From Terrimicrobiaceae bacterium (lineage in GTDB: Bacteria > Verrucomicrobiota > Verrucomicrobiia > Chthoniobacterales > Terrimicrobiaceae): DNA of 64,000 nt. The stretch covers positions 32,001-96,000 of the forward strand of contig JBIIPZ010000002.1 in assembly GCA_044342325.1 (NCBI GenBank), given 5' to 3'. The notes under the pieces were generated by a model. The model was given only the letters and a program-made list of their open reading frames with translations, did not search any database and had not been told where the DNA came from. A program made the translations under genes and the position numbers. Positions 8,305 through 17,695 of this stretch are shown piece by piece. The first letter of the stretch is position 1, and the number at the start of each line of letters is the position of its first letter.

Positions 8305-8781
8305 ATGCGTCATACCATATCGATTCTCGTTGAGAACAAATTCGGCGTGCTGACCCGCGTGGCGGGCATGTTCAGCGGTCGCGGATTCAATATCGACACT
8401 CTCAATGTCGGCCCCACTTTGGACGCCTCGGCCTCCCGCATGACGATTGTGGTGCGCGGTGACGACAAGGTTCTCGAGCAGGTCACGAAGCAACTCGAGA
8501 AGCTCGTGGATGTCATCGATGTCCAAGATTTCCGCGACGAGGAGTATGTGGACCGCGAGCTCGTGCTGCTCCGCGTCAATGCCACTTCCAAGACCCGCGC
8601 CGAGGTGATGCAGATTTGCGATATTTTCCGTGCGAAGATCATCGATGTCCAAGCCGAGAAGCTCGCTATCGAGGTCACCGGCACCGAGAACAAGATCAAC
8701 AAATTTCTCAGCCTCATGGAAGGCTTCGGTATTAGCGACCTGACCCGCACCGGCAAGATTGCCCTCGCTCGCGCCAATTAA
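8305..8781 (+). CDS. ilvN: Acetolactate synthase small regulatory subunit
   Basis: MRHTISILVENKFGVLTRVAGMFSGRGFNIDTL ACT domain; lies directly upstream of ilvC. Confidence 0.96.
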   Translation: MRHTISILVENKFGVLTRVAGMFSGRGFNIDTLNVGPTLDASASRMTIVVRGDDKVLEQVTKQLEKLVDVIDVQDFRDEEYVDRELVLLRVNATSKTRAEVMQICDIFRAKIIDVQAEKLAIEVTGTENKINKFLSLMEGFGISDLTRTGKIALARAN

Positions 8782-8823
8782 CCCCACACGACACTCAACC
8801 CAACACTAAAAAACCAAACAACC

Positions 8824-9855
8824 ATGCCAGCCAAAATCCTCACCGACAAAGACGCCGACCTCAAATTTTTCAAAGGAAAAACCCTCGCGGTCCTCGGCTT
8901 CGGCTCCCAAGGTCACGCCCACGCTCTGAACCTGAAAGAGAGCGGATGCAAAGTCATCATTGGTCTCTATCCGAAGTCCAAGAGTCGGGCAGTCGCTGCC
9001 GCTCAAGGCTTCGAAGTTTTTGACACCGCCGAGGCCGTGCGCCGCGCGGATGTGATCATGGTTGCTATTCCCGACACTAAGCAACCCGCCGCCTACAAAG
9101 CCGACATCGAGCCGAACCTCACTCCCGGCAAGACGCTTGTCTTCAGCCATGGCTTCAGCATTCACTACAAGACCATCGTTCCGCCGAAGAATGTGAATGT
9201 GATCATGGTCGCTCCAAAAGGACCAGGCCATATCGTTCGTCGCCAATACACCGAAGGCAAAGGCGTGCCGACCCTCATCGCCGTTTACCAAAACCCCGGC
9301 AAGGATGCGAAAAAGATCGCCCTTACCTGGGCCAAGGGCATCGGCGGCACACGCGGTGGCGTGATTGAGACGTCTTTCAAAGAAGAGACCGAGACAGATC
9401 TCTTCGGCGAGCAGACCGTTCTCTGCGGCGGCGCCTCCGCGCTCGTCCAAGCGGGATTCGAAACCCTCGTCGAGGCCGGCTACTCACCCGAGATGGCCTA
9501 CTTCGAGTGCCTCCACGAGCTGAAGCTCATCGTCGATCTCATGAACGAATCCGGTATCGCCGGCATGCGTTTCTCGATCAGCGAAACCGCCAAGTGGGGC
9601 GATGTTGCCGTTGGACCAAAAATCATCGACTCCTCGGTGAAGAAGCGCATGAAAGCTGCTCTCAAAGACATCCAGACCGGCAAGTTTGCCAAGGAATGGA
9701 TCAAGGAATACGAGGGCGGCTACAAGCGCTACAACGCACTCCTCAAGGAAGGCGAGAAACACGGCATCGAGAAGACTGGCGAGCGTCTACGCGGCCTCAT
9801 GCCATGGATCAAAAAGCGCAATCTCAAAGGCACCCAAGCCTCCTATTCGAACTAA
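8824..9855 (+). CDS. ilvC: Ketol-acid reductoisomerase
   Basis: [36 protein letters not shown] and [14 protein letters not shown]. Confidence 0.98.
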   Translation: MPAKILTDKDADLKFFKGKTLAVLGFGSQGHAHALNLKESGCKVIIGLYPKSKSRAVAAAQGFEVFDTAEAVRRADVIMVAIPDTKQPAAYKADIEPNLTPGKTLVFSHGFSIHYKTIVPPKNVNVIMVAPKGPGHIVRRQYTEGKGVPTLIAVYQNPGKDAKKIALTWAKGIGGTRGGVIETSFKEETETDLFGEQTVLCGGASALVQAGFETLVEAGYSPEMAYFECLHELKLIVDLMNESGIAGMRFSISETAKWGDVAVGPKIIDSSVKKRMKAALKDIQTGKFAKEWIKEYEGGYKRYNALLKEGEKHGIEKTGERLRGLMPWIKKRNLKGTQASYSN

Positions 9856-9870
9856 AAACTTCTCATTCCT

Positions 9871-10821
9871 ATGGCCGAGACCACCTCACAACCCATCAGC
9901 GTCATCACAGGCGGTGCGGGCTTTTTGGGCTCACACCTCACCGACCGTTTGCTTGCCGAGGGCCATCGCGTCATCGCGATCGATAGCCTCATCACTGGCA
10001 ATGTCGCGAACATCGAGCATCTCGCTGGGAACAAGAACTACAAATTCATCTGCCACGACGTCACCGACTTCATCTACATCCCAGGTAAGGTCGATTATGT
10101 TTGGCATTTTGCGAGTCCAGCCAGCCCGATCGACTACCTGCGCATTCCGATTCCGACTCTCAAAGTCGGCTCGCTCGGAACGCACAACGCGCTCGGTCTG
10201 GCTAAGGATAAAGGCGCGGCTTTCATCCTCGCCTCTACCTCCGAGTGCTACGGCGATCCGCTCATTCATCCGCAGACCGAAGACTACTGGGGCAATGTGA
10301 ACCCCATCGGGCCGCGTGGCGTTTACGATGAAGCCAAGCGCTTCGCGGAAGCCATCACCATGGCCTACCACCGCTATCACGGCATGAATACGCATATCGT
10401 TCGTATTTTCAATACTTACGGTCCACGCATGCGCCTTGATGACGGACGCGTCGTGCCGGCTTTCATCGGTCAGGCGCTGACCGGTCAGCCACTCACAATA
10501 TTCGGAGATGGATCCCAGACCCGTAGTTTCTGCTATGTTTCGGATCTCATTGATGGAATTTTCCGGTTGATGATGAGTGATTTCCACGAGCCAGTGAACA
10601 TCGGAAACCCGCGTGAGATGACGATTCGTCAATTCGCCGAGGAAATCCTGCGCATCACTGGCGCAGCCTGCCAGATCGAGCACAAGCCGCTCCCAGTGGA
10701 TGACCCTAAAGTGCGCCAACCCGACATCACTCGTGCCAAGACGATCCTCGGCTGGGAGCCGAAGGTCGACTTCGACAAAGGTATTCGCGAGACCATTGAA
10801 TTCTTCCGTGGCCGCGTTTGA
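9871..10821 (+). CDS. UDP-glucuronate decarboxylase (UDP-xylose synthase) family
   Basis: [33 protein letters not shown] and [10 protein letters not shown]. Confidence 0.92.
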   Translation: MAETTSQPISVITGGAGFLGSHLTDRLLAEGHRVIAIDSLITGNVANIEHLAGNKNYKFICHDVTDFIYIPGKVDYVWHFASPASPIDYLRIPIPTLKVGSLGTHNALGLAKDKGAAFILASTSECYGDPLIHPQTEDYWGNVNPIGPRGVYDEAKRFAEAITMAYHRYHGMNTHIVRIFNTYGPRMRLDDGRVVPAFIGQALTGQPLTIFGDGSQTRSFCYVSDLIDGIFRLMMSDFHEPVNIGNPREMTIRQFAEEILRITGAACQIEHKPLPVDDPKVRQPDITRAKTILGWEPKVDFDKGIRETIEFFRGRV

Positions 10822-10859
10822 GATTTACTTAAATCCTATATCCGAATAACACCCTCACC

Positions 10860-11525
10860 ATGAGAAAAAGTTTGTTCCCCGCGACAATCCTTCCTGCCTT
10901 GTTCCTTGCCCTCTGTGGCATTTCGGTCCAAGCCCAGGTCAAGTCGGAATTCACCATCAAAAAAATCGAACCCGCGCTTGTTGAAACGCCGCAAATTTCG
11001 GCCGGCACCTACCGCAAGCAGCAACCGGGTGCGGCACGGCCGACTCCCTGGCTCGAGGTGGATGTGAATTTCGAGCGAGACGAGGTATCGAAGGAAGCGT
11101 CGAAGTTCTCCGATGATCTCACGGTGAATTTCTACATCCTTCTCAACAACGCTGCGATCAGCGAGGATAAGCAATCCACTCTTCTCACAGGCAGCACCAC
11201 GATTTCCGATGTGCCCTACGGCAAGGGACTTCATGCCGCCGCCTTCGTTGCTCCCCAGACCCTTTCTCGTTATTTTGACGGCAAGGCACCGACCACCATT
11301 CAGCAAACCATCATTGATGCGGGCGTCACCATTTCAGATTCCACCGGCGTGGTTGCCATTTCTTCGTTCAAGAGCGCCGAAGTCGCCAAGCAAGGCAAAG
11401 GTTGGTGGGAATCCGAATCCGGCATGACCAAAGTGACTGGCCGCGTTCTGGAAAAGAGCCAGACTCCCTTCGCGCCGCTAGCATGGGATTACTACCTGCC
11501 CTCGAAATCCAAAGCAGCCAACTGA
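10860..11525 (+). CDS. Secreted Amuc_1102-like pilus-system protein
   Basis: Signal peptide; 'WLEVDVNF' and 'KSQTPFAPLAWDYY'; first gene of the verrucomicrobial pilus cluster. Confidence 0.7.
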   Translation: MRKSLFPATILPALFLALCGISVQAQVKSEFTIKKIEPALVETPQISAGTYRKQQPGAARPTPWLEVDVNFERDEVSKEASKFSDDLTVNFYILLNNAAISEDKQSTLLTGSTTISDVPYGKGLHAAAFVAPQTLSRYFDGKAPTTIQQTIIDAGVTISDSTGVVAISSFKSAEVAKQGKGWWESESGMTKVTGRVLEKSQTPFAPLAWDYYLPSKSKAAN

Positions 11526-11537
11526 TCCGACCCAACG

Positions 11538-13280
11538 ATGGCCCGTCCAGCACGCATTTTCACTCTCAACCTCGGCATGCAGACCGTGAGCATGGCGGAG
11601 TTTCAGGAATTGCCTGCAGGCGGATTGAAGCTGGTTGCTCTTAAAACTTCCGACCTCATCGTCGATCCCTCTGCAGACGCCACGCGCAACAGCCAGATCG
11701 AATCTGTCGCTGCGGAACTCCGCGCTGCGCTCAAGGCTCCGAAAAACGCCAAAACCCATCTTTGCCTCCCCTCGCAAACCGTCTTCTCGCGTTTTGTGAA
11801 ACTGCCTGGCGCCACGGCCAACGATGTCGAGTCGATTATTGGATTCGAGGCCCAGCAGAATGTGCCATTTCCGATCGATGAGGTTGTCTGGGATTATCAG
11901 ATCATGGGCGATCGCCGAGGCGAAACATGGGATGTCGCGATCGTGGCCATGAAGGCGGATCAGCTCAACGAAGTCGTCGATGCCGTGGGCAAGGGAGGCA
12001 TCGCCTCAGCTAAAATCGACTTCGCACCGACCGCTCTTTTCAACTCCTTCCGCTACAATTATGCCGATGCCAAAGGCTGCTCGCTCCTGCTGGATCTTGG
12101 GGCCCGCACGACAAACCTCGTCTTCATCGAAGACAACCGCCTCTTCAGTCGCAGCATCCCCATCGGAGGAAATACGGTCAGCGCAGCGATCGCCAAGGAA
12201 TTCGCGCAGGAAATAACGCTCGCTGAAAAGCTCAAACTCGAGAAAGCCTCCGTGGGACTCGGCGGAGCTTATGCCGAATCCGAAGACCCCACCGAAGCCC
12301 GCCTCGCCAAGGTCACCCGGAATACGATGACCCGCCTCCATGCGGAAATCGCTCGTTCGATCAATTTCTACCGCACCACCCAAGGCGGCACCACTCCGAT
12401 GCGGGTTCTCATCTGCGGCGGCGGCACGGGCCTCCCCTACATGACGGAGTTTTTTGCTGAGAAACTTCAGGCTCCTGTGGAGTATTTTAACCCCTTTCGA
12501 AATGTTCAGGCCGCGCCAGATGCCATCCCTCAGGGCGTAGCCCATTGTGCTTCAGGCCTCGGCGAGTTGGTCGGTTCTGCGCTCCGTTCCCTCAAGAATT
12601 GCCCCGTCGAGATCAATCTCACTCCTCCGAGCGTGCGCCAGGCTCAGCTTTTTGCGAAACGAGTTCCCGCTTTGGCAATAGCGGCGTTGTTTTTCATTCT
12701 TACCCCAACCCTCTGCTGGCTTGATCTTGATGAATCCGCACTACGCATCAATGAAAGAGTGGAGAAGCAAACGGCCGAAGTCGCCCGACTCGATGGCCTT
12801 TCCAAAGGAATCTCCTCCGCGCTGGCGGAACGCGACAAACTCGTAGCGGAAGCAGCTCCTTTCCTTGCTCTTGCTTCCGAGCGCTCCGTCTGGGCTTCTA
12901 TTCTCGATGAACTCGCGGCGACCATTCCGCCGCGCTTCATCTGGGTCACGCAGATCAAGCCAGTTGAGGGCGTCATCATTGCTCCTGAGCCGACACCTGC
13001 CCCCGGCGCGAAGGCTCCTCCCAAGCCGGTGACACCCGTTTCTGGCCCAAAAGCGATCACAGCCATCGAAATCAATGGACTCTACTTGGACAACCCACCC
13101 AACGCGGAAGGGGCCGGGGTCATTGACAAATTTTTCGAGAATCTGAAACCTTCGTCTGTCTTCGCAATCGGTGACGACGCTTCGAAAATCATCACTCGCC
13201 GCACGACGCCCACCGGCGAGGCCTGGGCCTATGGCTACACCTTGGTCCTGCCGCTCAAGCAGCCTCTCATCTTGCCATGA
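11538..13280 (+). CDS. PilM-PilN-like fusion (Amuc_1101-like)
   Basis: Actin-like PilM motifs (FEAQQNVPFPIDEVVWDY, LLDLGARTT, EIARSINFY, ICGGG), then a PilN-type 'INL.P' motif, a TM helix and a coiled coil. Confidence 0.85.
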   Translation: MARPARIFTLNLGMQTVSMAEFQELPAGGLKLVALKTSDLIVDPSADATRNSQIESVAAELRAALKAPKNAKTHLCLPSQTVFSRFVKLPGATANDVESIIGFEAQQNVPFPIDEVVWDYQIMGDRRGETWDVAIVAMKADQLNEVVDAVGKGGIASAKIDFAPTALFNSFRYNYADAKGCSLLLDLGARTTNLVFIEDNRLFSRSIPIGGNTVSAAIAKEFAQEITLAEKLKLEKASVGLGGAYAESEDPTEARLAKVTRNTMTRLHAEIARSINFYRTTQGGTTPMRVLICGGGTGLPYMTEFFAEKLQAPVEYFNPFRNVQAAPDAIPQGVAHCASGLGELVGSALRSLKNCPVEINLTPPSVRQAQLFAKRVPALAIAALFFILTPTLCWLDLDESALRINERVEKQTAEVARLDGLSKGISSALAERDKLVAEAAPFLALASERSVWASILDELAATIPPRFIWVTQIKPVEGVIIAPEPTPAPGAKAPPKPVTPVSGPKAITAIEINGLYLDNPPNAEGAGVIDKFFENLKPSSVFAIGDDASKIITRRTTPTGEAWAYGYTLVLPLKQPLILP

Positions 13281-14215
13281 ACTGGTTTAAACAAAACCCC
13301 ATAGCCTTAGTGCTCCTGCTCGTAGCCGTCATCGGCACGGGAGCCACTTCGTATTTGGCGGTGGATGCCCAAACGCGACGAGACGAAGCGCAGGCGAACC
13401 TTGATTCGCAGCTCCAAAAGCTCAAACAATTTCAAAATCAAAAACCCTTCCCCACCGAGCAGAGCCTCAAGGCCATTAAGGAAAGTCTTGAAGAATACCG
13501 CTCCGAACTCGGCAAATATCGCACCGCACTGGCCTCGATGGAGGCGACCCTCAAGCCGATCAATCCCCAGGAATTTCAGGATGATCTTCGCAAAGCGGTC
13601 GATGAATTGAGGAAAACCGCAATCGAGAAGAGCGTCACCCTGCCAGACAACTTTTTCTACGGATTCGATGAATATCAGGCCGCTCCGCCATCCCAGCAGG
13701 AAGTCGGGGAACTCAATCGCGAGTTCGGCATTATGCGCCGGATCGCGGATGAACTCGTTGGCCTGAAAATCGGCTCCATCGGTTCTCTCAAGCGGCAGGA
13801 AATCGTCGCCCAACCGCCAGCAACGACGCCTGCGCAACCCGCCAAGCCAGGCGCCACACCAGAGTCCAAGGCCCCGTCCATTTCCACCAAGACATTCACC
13901 ATCACCTTCACTGCGCCCCAAGAAAAACTCCTCACGGCTTTCAATATGATCCAAGATGCGGACGAATTTCTCCTCATCCGCTCACTCACACTGGATAACA
14001 CCAGCCCACAGCCTCCGCTGCGCACCCAATCGGGTGAGGCCTCGACATCCCCCGGCCTGCCGGTTCCAGGCGCTTCGGTAAAGAATGCCGATACCATTCA
14101 AGCTATCCTTGGCCGCGAATCCGTCACGGCCAGCTTGACCATTGAAATCCTCGACTTTCCGGATTGGGAATCCAAGCCGCCGGCCCAGTCGAACGTCACC
14201 CCTCCGCCCAAGTAA
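13277..14215 (+). CDS. Amuc_1100-like (PilO-position) pilus protein
   Basis: N-terminal TM, coiled coil, 'P.NFFYGFDEY...PP' and C-terminal 'ILGRESV.A.L.IE..DF'; position in the cluster. Confidence 0.75.
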   Translation: MNWFKQNPIALVLLLVAVIGTGATSYLAVDAQTRRDEAQANLDSQLQKLKQFQNQKPFPTEQSLKAIKESLEEYRSELGKYRTALASMEATLKPINPQEFQDDLRKAVDELRKTAIEKSVTLPDNFFYGFDEYQAAPPSQQEVGELNREFGIMRRIADELVGLKIGSIGSLKRQEIVAQPPATTPAQPAKPGATPESKAPSISTKTFTITFTAPQEKLLTAFNMIQDADEFLLIRSLTLDNTSPQPPLRTQSGEASTSPGLPVPGASVKNADTIQAILGRESVTASLTIEILDFPDWESKPPAQSNVTPPPK

Positions 14216-14220
14216 AGTCT

Positions 14221-15210
14221 ATGAATTGGGTTAAACAAAAATACGACATCCTCCTTCTCGCAGTCGCCACTTTACTGCTGGTATCCAACGCCGGTTGGAT
14301 TGCGATGAATCGTATGGAGCCGGTTCAGGTTCAGGCCGCCCTGACAGTGCCAAAGGAAAATGCAATTCCTTCCTTAGACCTTGATGCCGTTCGCCAAGCT
14401 GCCGCGCTTGCTGATTCTCCAGCGAAGTGGAAATCCAGCTCCGATCTCCCGGCCGGAACTCCAGAGCGAGGTTCCTTGCTCGTCTCCCGCCGCTACCTCC
14501 TCAAGGATGGCAAACTCATCGACCCTCTCGCGGAAGGAAGTGACCAGCTTCACCCTCCGATCACCAACGATTGGTTGCTCGCCAACGGACTCGACTACAC
14601 TGACATGAACATCAAGGAAAAGGACGCCGACGGTGACGGGTTCTCAAACCTCGAGGAATTCGAAAAAAAAACCAACCCGAACGATCCTAAAGAAGCTCCG
14701 GCATCCTTAAACAAACTTAAACTCGTTGGATTCAAGCCAGTTCCTTTCCGACTGGAGTTTAAAGGCGATCCTTCGGGCGAAGGCAAGGAATTTCAGATCA
14801 ACCTCAAAGATTTGAAAGGAAGCGCCCGCAGCCAATACCGCAAAATTGGCGAACAAATTGAAGGCGCTCCTTACAAAATTCTGAAATACGAGTTCAAGGA
14901 AGGCCCTAATGAGCGTGGCGTCACTGTGAACCTCTCTGAACTTACTGTTCAAAACACAGAAACTGGCGACACAATCATTCTCATCTTCAACAAAGAAGCA
15001 AACGATCCCACCTCCTTCGGCACATTTCGTAACCTCCTCGCACTGGGAGATGCGGACTTCACTCTTAAGAAAGGCGAGGAATTCACCATTAAGCCGGATA
15101 CCACCCGAAAGCTGAAACTCATTGACATCACAGCCACGAAAGCTCAAATACGAGACATCTCTACCGGAGACATCTTCTCCGTGAATGCGACTGATAGCTC
15201 ATCTCCCTGA
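14221..15210 (+). CDS. Amuc_1099-like pilus protein with a Ca-binding (TSP3-like) DxDxDG motif
   Basis: N-terminal TM; 'LHPPI.N.W' and 'DADGDGFSNLEEF..KTNPND'; position in the cluster. Confidence 0.72.
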   Translation: MNWVKQKYDILLLAVATLLLVSNAGWIAMNRMEPVQVQAALTVPKENAIPSLDLDAVRQAAALADSPAKWKSSSDLPAGTPERGSLLVSRRYLLKDGKLIDPLAEGSDQLHPPITNDWLLANGLDYTDMNIKEKDADGDGFSNLEEFEKKTNPNDPKEAPASLNKLKLVGFKPVPFRLEFKGDPSGEGKEFQINLKDLKGSARSQYRKIGEQIEGAPYKILKYEFKEGPNERGVTVNLSELTVQNTETGDTIILIFNKEANDPTSFGTFRNLLALGDADFTLKKGEEFTIKPDTTRKLKLIDITATKAQIRDISTGDIFSVNATDSSSP

Positions 15211-15216
15211 TCTGAA

Positions 15217-17685
15217 ATGACAAAATTTCCACTCTGGTTCCCAATTTTTCTTCTCGCCGGCGTAACTCTGCCCATCGTTGAGGCTCAATACCCAGGCGTT
15301 CAAGGTGCCGTTGAGTCACATATTCAAGTGCTTGAGCAAAAACGCGCTTATTGTGCCGAATTAGTCGAAAAGGGAAATGACGCCGTGGCTGATAACGATT
15401 ACGAGTCCGCCTACGCGCTTTTCAAAAGCGCCGTCGATACTCTCCCGCAGGGTGGTGAAGCCTCCTCCGACCTCCGCAAGCAGGCCCTCGGCGGATTCTG
15501 CAACGCCGCTGTTCTCCTTGCACGCCAGCGTGTCTCCGAGGGGCGCTATGCGGATGCCCGGACGACCGTGGAAGTTGTCTTGGAAAATCGCTACGATCCG
15601 GATTACGCCCCCGCCAAAACCCTCCGCTCGCAGCTCATGGATCCTCAGGGTTTCGCCGATCGCGGCACGATCACCCCGCGGCATGTTCGCAACATCGAAG
15701 AAGTCAAGCGCCTCATCCAAGAGGGCGACGGCTACTATGCAACCGGGCGCTACGATATTGCTTTCAAACGCTGCGAGCAGGCCCTCAACATTGACAAATA
15801 CAACATCGCCGCGCGCCGATTGATGGAAAAAATCAATGTGGCGCGTCAGCAGTATGCCGATGCTGCCTACAGTGAGACGCGCGGCGCCATGCTCGCCGAT
15901 GTTGATAAAGCCTGGGGTCTTCCTTTGCGAAAATTCACCGATGGTCCCACCTCCATCGTCGAGCAGCCTCAAATGGACAGCCGCGGTAGCCAAGCCATCA
16001 ACAACAAGCTCGATACGATTATTATTCCTCGCATCGACTTTACGGATTCCTCCATTAAAGAAGCCCTCGATTTTATCAAAAAACGCGCTTCCGACTTGGA
16101 TGAGGGCGACTCCGAGAATAAAGGCATCAATATCGTGCTGAAGTTGCCACCCGATTCGCCCGATGCAGCCTATCCGATCACGCTCTCGCTCTCGGATGTC
16201 CCACTTCGTGAAGCTCTTCGCTATGTGACCGAGGCGGCAAATCTCAAGATCAAAATAGAAACACACGCCGTTGTCGTGGTTCCAGCCACGGAGAACACGG
16301 ATGTCTTGATCACTAAGGAATACAAAGTCCCGCCGGGCTTCATCACGGCAACGCCTGGCAGTGCCCCACCGCAAGTCAGCGGTCTGGCTGCAGGTTCCCA
16401 ATCCGTCATAGCAGCTCGGTCTATAGCCAAGGATTTTCTCGAAACTCAAGGTGTCGAATTTCCGGAGGGTGCCAGTGCGAACTATATCTCGCTCACCAGT
16501 CGGCTCATTGTTAAGAATACCCAAGCCAACTTGGAGCTGATTGATGCTCTGGTCGATACTTCGGTTGCAACAAGGCCAACACAGGTCGAAATTGAGGCGA
16601 AGTTCCTTGAGGTCTCTCAAAACAATCTCAACGAACTCGGCTTCGACTGGCTACTCGGCCAGTTCGCCCTCGCCGGTGGATCCGGCGTATATGGTAGCGG
16701 CGGAACGATTGGTCTCGCCCGCTCTATCGACAACAACGGATATCCGCTCGTCAATCCGGGCACGAGTCTCCCTGTTGGAGCGAATTCGGGCACATCGGGT
16801 CCCGTCACAGCCGGTAATCGCGGTGGAACAACAGGAATCAGGCTGAATGCTGTTGATGCTGTTCTTCTTGGTGCACCTGTTGGCCCGGCAGCAGGCGTTC
16901 TGAGCGTTGCGGGTGTTTTCACAAACCCACAATTCCAAGTCGTGCTCCGCGCTTTGAGTCAAAAGAAGGGAATCGATCTCGTTAGCGCTCCAAAAGTTAC
17001 CACCAAAAGCGGCAGCACTGCAAAAATTGAAATTGTCCGGGAATTTCGCTACCCAACCCAGTTTGACCCGCCTCAGCTTTCTGCTGCCACAGGCTCAACT
17101 TACACTCCTGTTGTTCCAAATTCTCCAAGTGGTTGGGAAACAAAGAACACTGGTATTACTTTGGAGGTAGAGCCTACTGTTGGACCGGATTCGTATACAA
17201 TTGAACTTCGCTTGGCGCCGCGTGTCATTGAATTCGATGGCTTTATCAACTACGGAAGTCCTATTAACTCGTCGGTGCAATTCACAGCACCGCTTCTTTC
17301 TCTGCCCTCAACGGTGTTTGAAGCAACTCCGAATACAATCAACCAACCTGTCTTCTCTTCTCGAGAAGTGGAAACCCAAGTCTCTGTTTATGATGGACAA
17401 ACCGTCGTTATGGGCGGCCTCATGCGCGAGGACGTGCAGAAAGTTCAAGATAAGGTTCCAATTTTAGGCGATATCCCTCTTGCAGGAAGGCTCTTCCGGA
17501 CAAATGTTGATCAACATATCAAGCGCAACTTGGTTATGTTTGTGACGGCCGGTCTTCTAGATCCTGCCGGGCAGCCGATTATCGAGGCGGATGAGGATGA
17601 TCAGCTTGTTCCAGAGGTGGATGTCAATGCCATGTTAAGTGATGCCATTCCAACGGATGTCCTTTCAGCGCCGCTTCCCCAATAA
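15217..17685 (+). CDS. TPR-containing secretin (Amuc_1098/PilQ-like), copy 1
   Basis: Signal peptide, TPRs, QVEIEAKFLE, SAPKVTTKSG and DGQTVVMGGL..KVPILGDIPLAGRLFR. Confidence 0.92.
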   Translation: MTKFPLWFPIFLLAGVTLPIVEAQYPGVQGAVESHIQVLEQKRAYCAELVEKGNDAVADNDYESAYALFKSAVDTLPQGGEASSDLRKQALGGFCNAAVLLARQRVSEGRYADARTTVEVVLENRYDPDYAPAKTLRSQLMDPQGFADRGTITPRHVRNIEEVKRLIQEGDGYYATGRYDIAFKRCEQALNIDKYNIAARRLMEKINVARQQYADAAYSETRGAMLADVDKAWGLPLRKFTDGPTSIVEQPQMDSRGSQAINNKLDTIIIPRIDFTDSSIKEALDFIKKRASDLDEGDSENKGINIVLKLPPDSPDAAYPITLSLSDVPLREALRYVTEAANLKIKIETHAVVVVPATENTDVLITKEYKVPPGFITATPGSAPPQVSGLAAGSQSVIAARSIAKDFLETQGVEFPEGASANYISLTSRLIVKNTQANLELIDALVDTSVATRPTQVEIEAKFLEVSQNNLNELGFDWLLGQFALAGGSGVYGSGGTIGLARSIDNNGYPLVNPGTSLPVGANSGTSGPVTAGNRGGTTGIRLNAVDAVLLGAPVGPAAGVLSVAGVFTNPQFQVVLRALSQKKGIDLVSAPKVTTKSGSTAKIEIVREFRYPTQFDPPQLSAATGSTYTPVVPNSPSGWETKNTGITLEVEPTVGPDSYTIELRLAPRVIEFDGFINYGSPINSSVQFTAPLLSLPSTVFEATPNTINQPVFSSREVETQVSVYDGQTVVMGGLMREDVQKVQDKVPILGDIPLAGRLFRTNVDQHIKRNLVMFVTAGLLDPAGQPIIEADEDDQLVPEVDVNAMLSDAIPTDVLSAPLPQ

Positions 17686-17695
17686 AGCCTAACCA

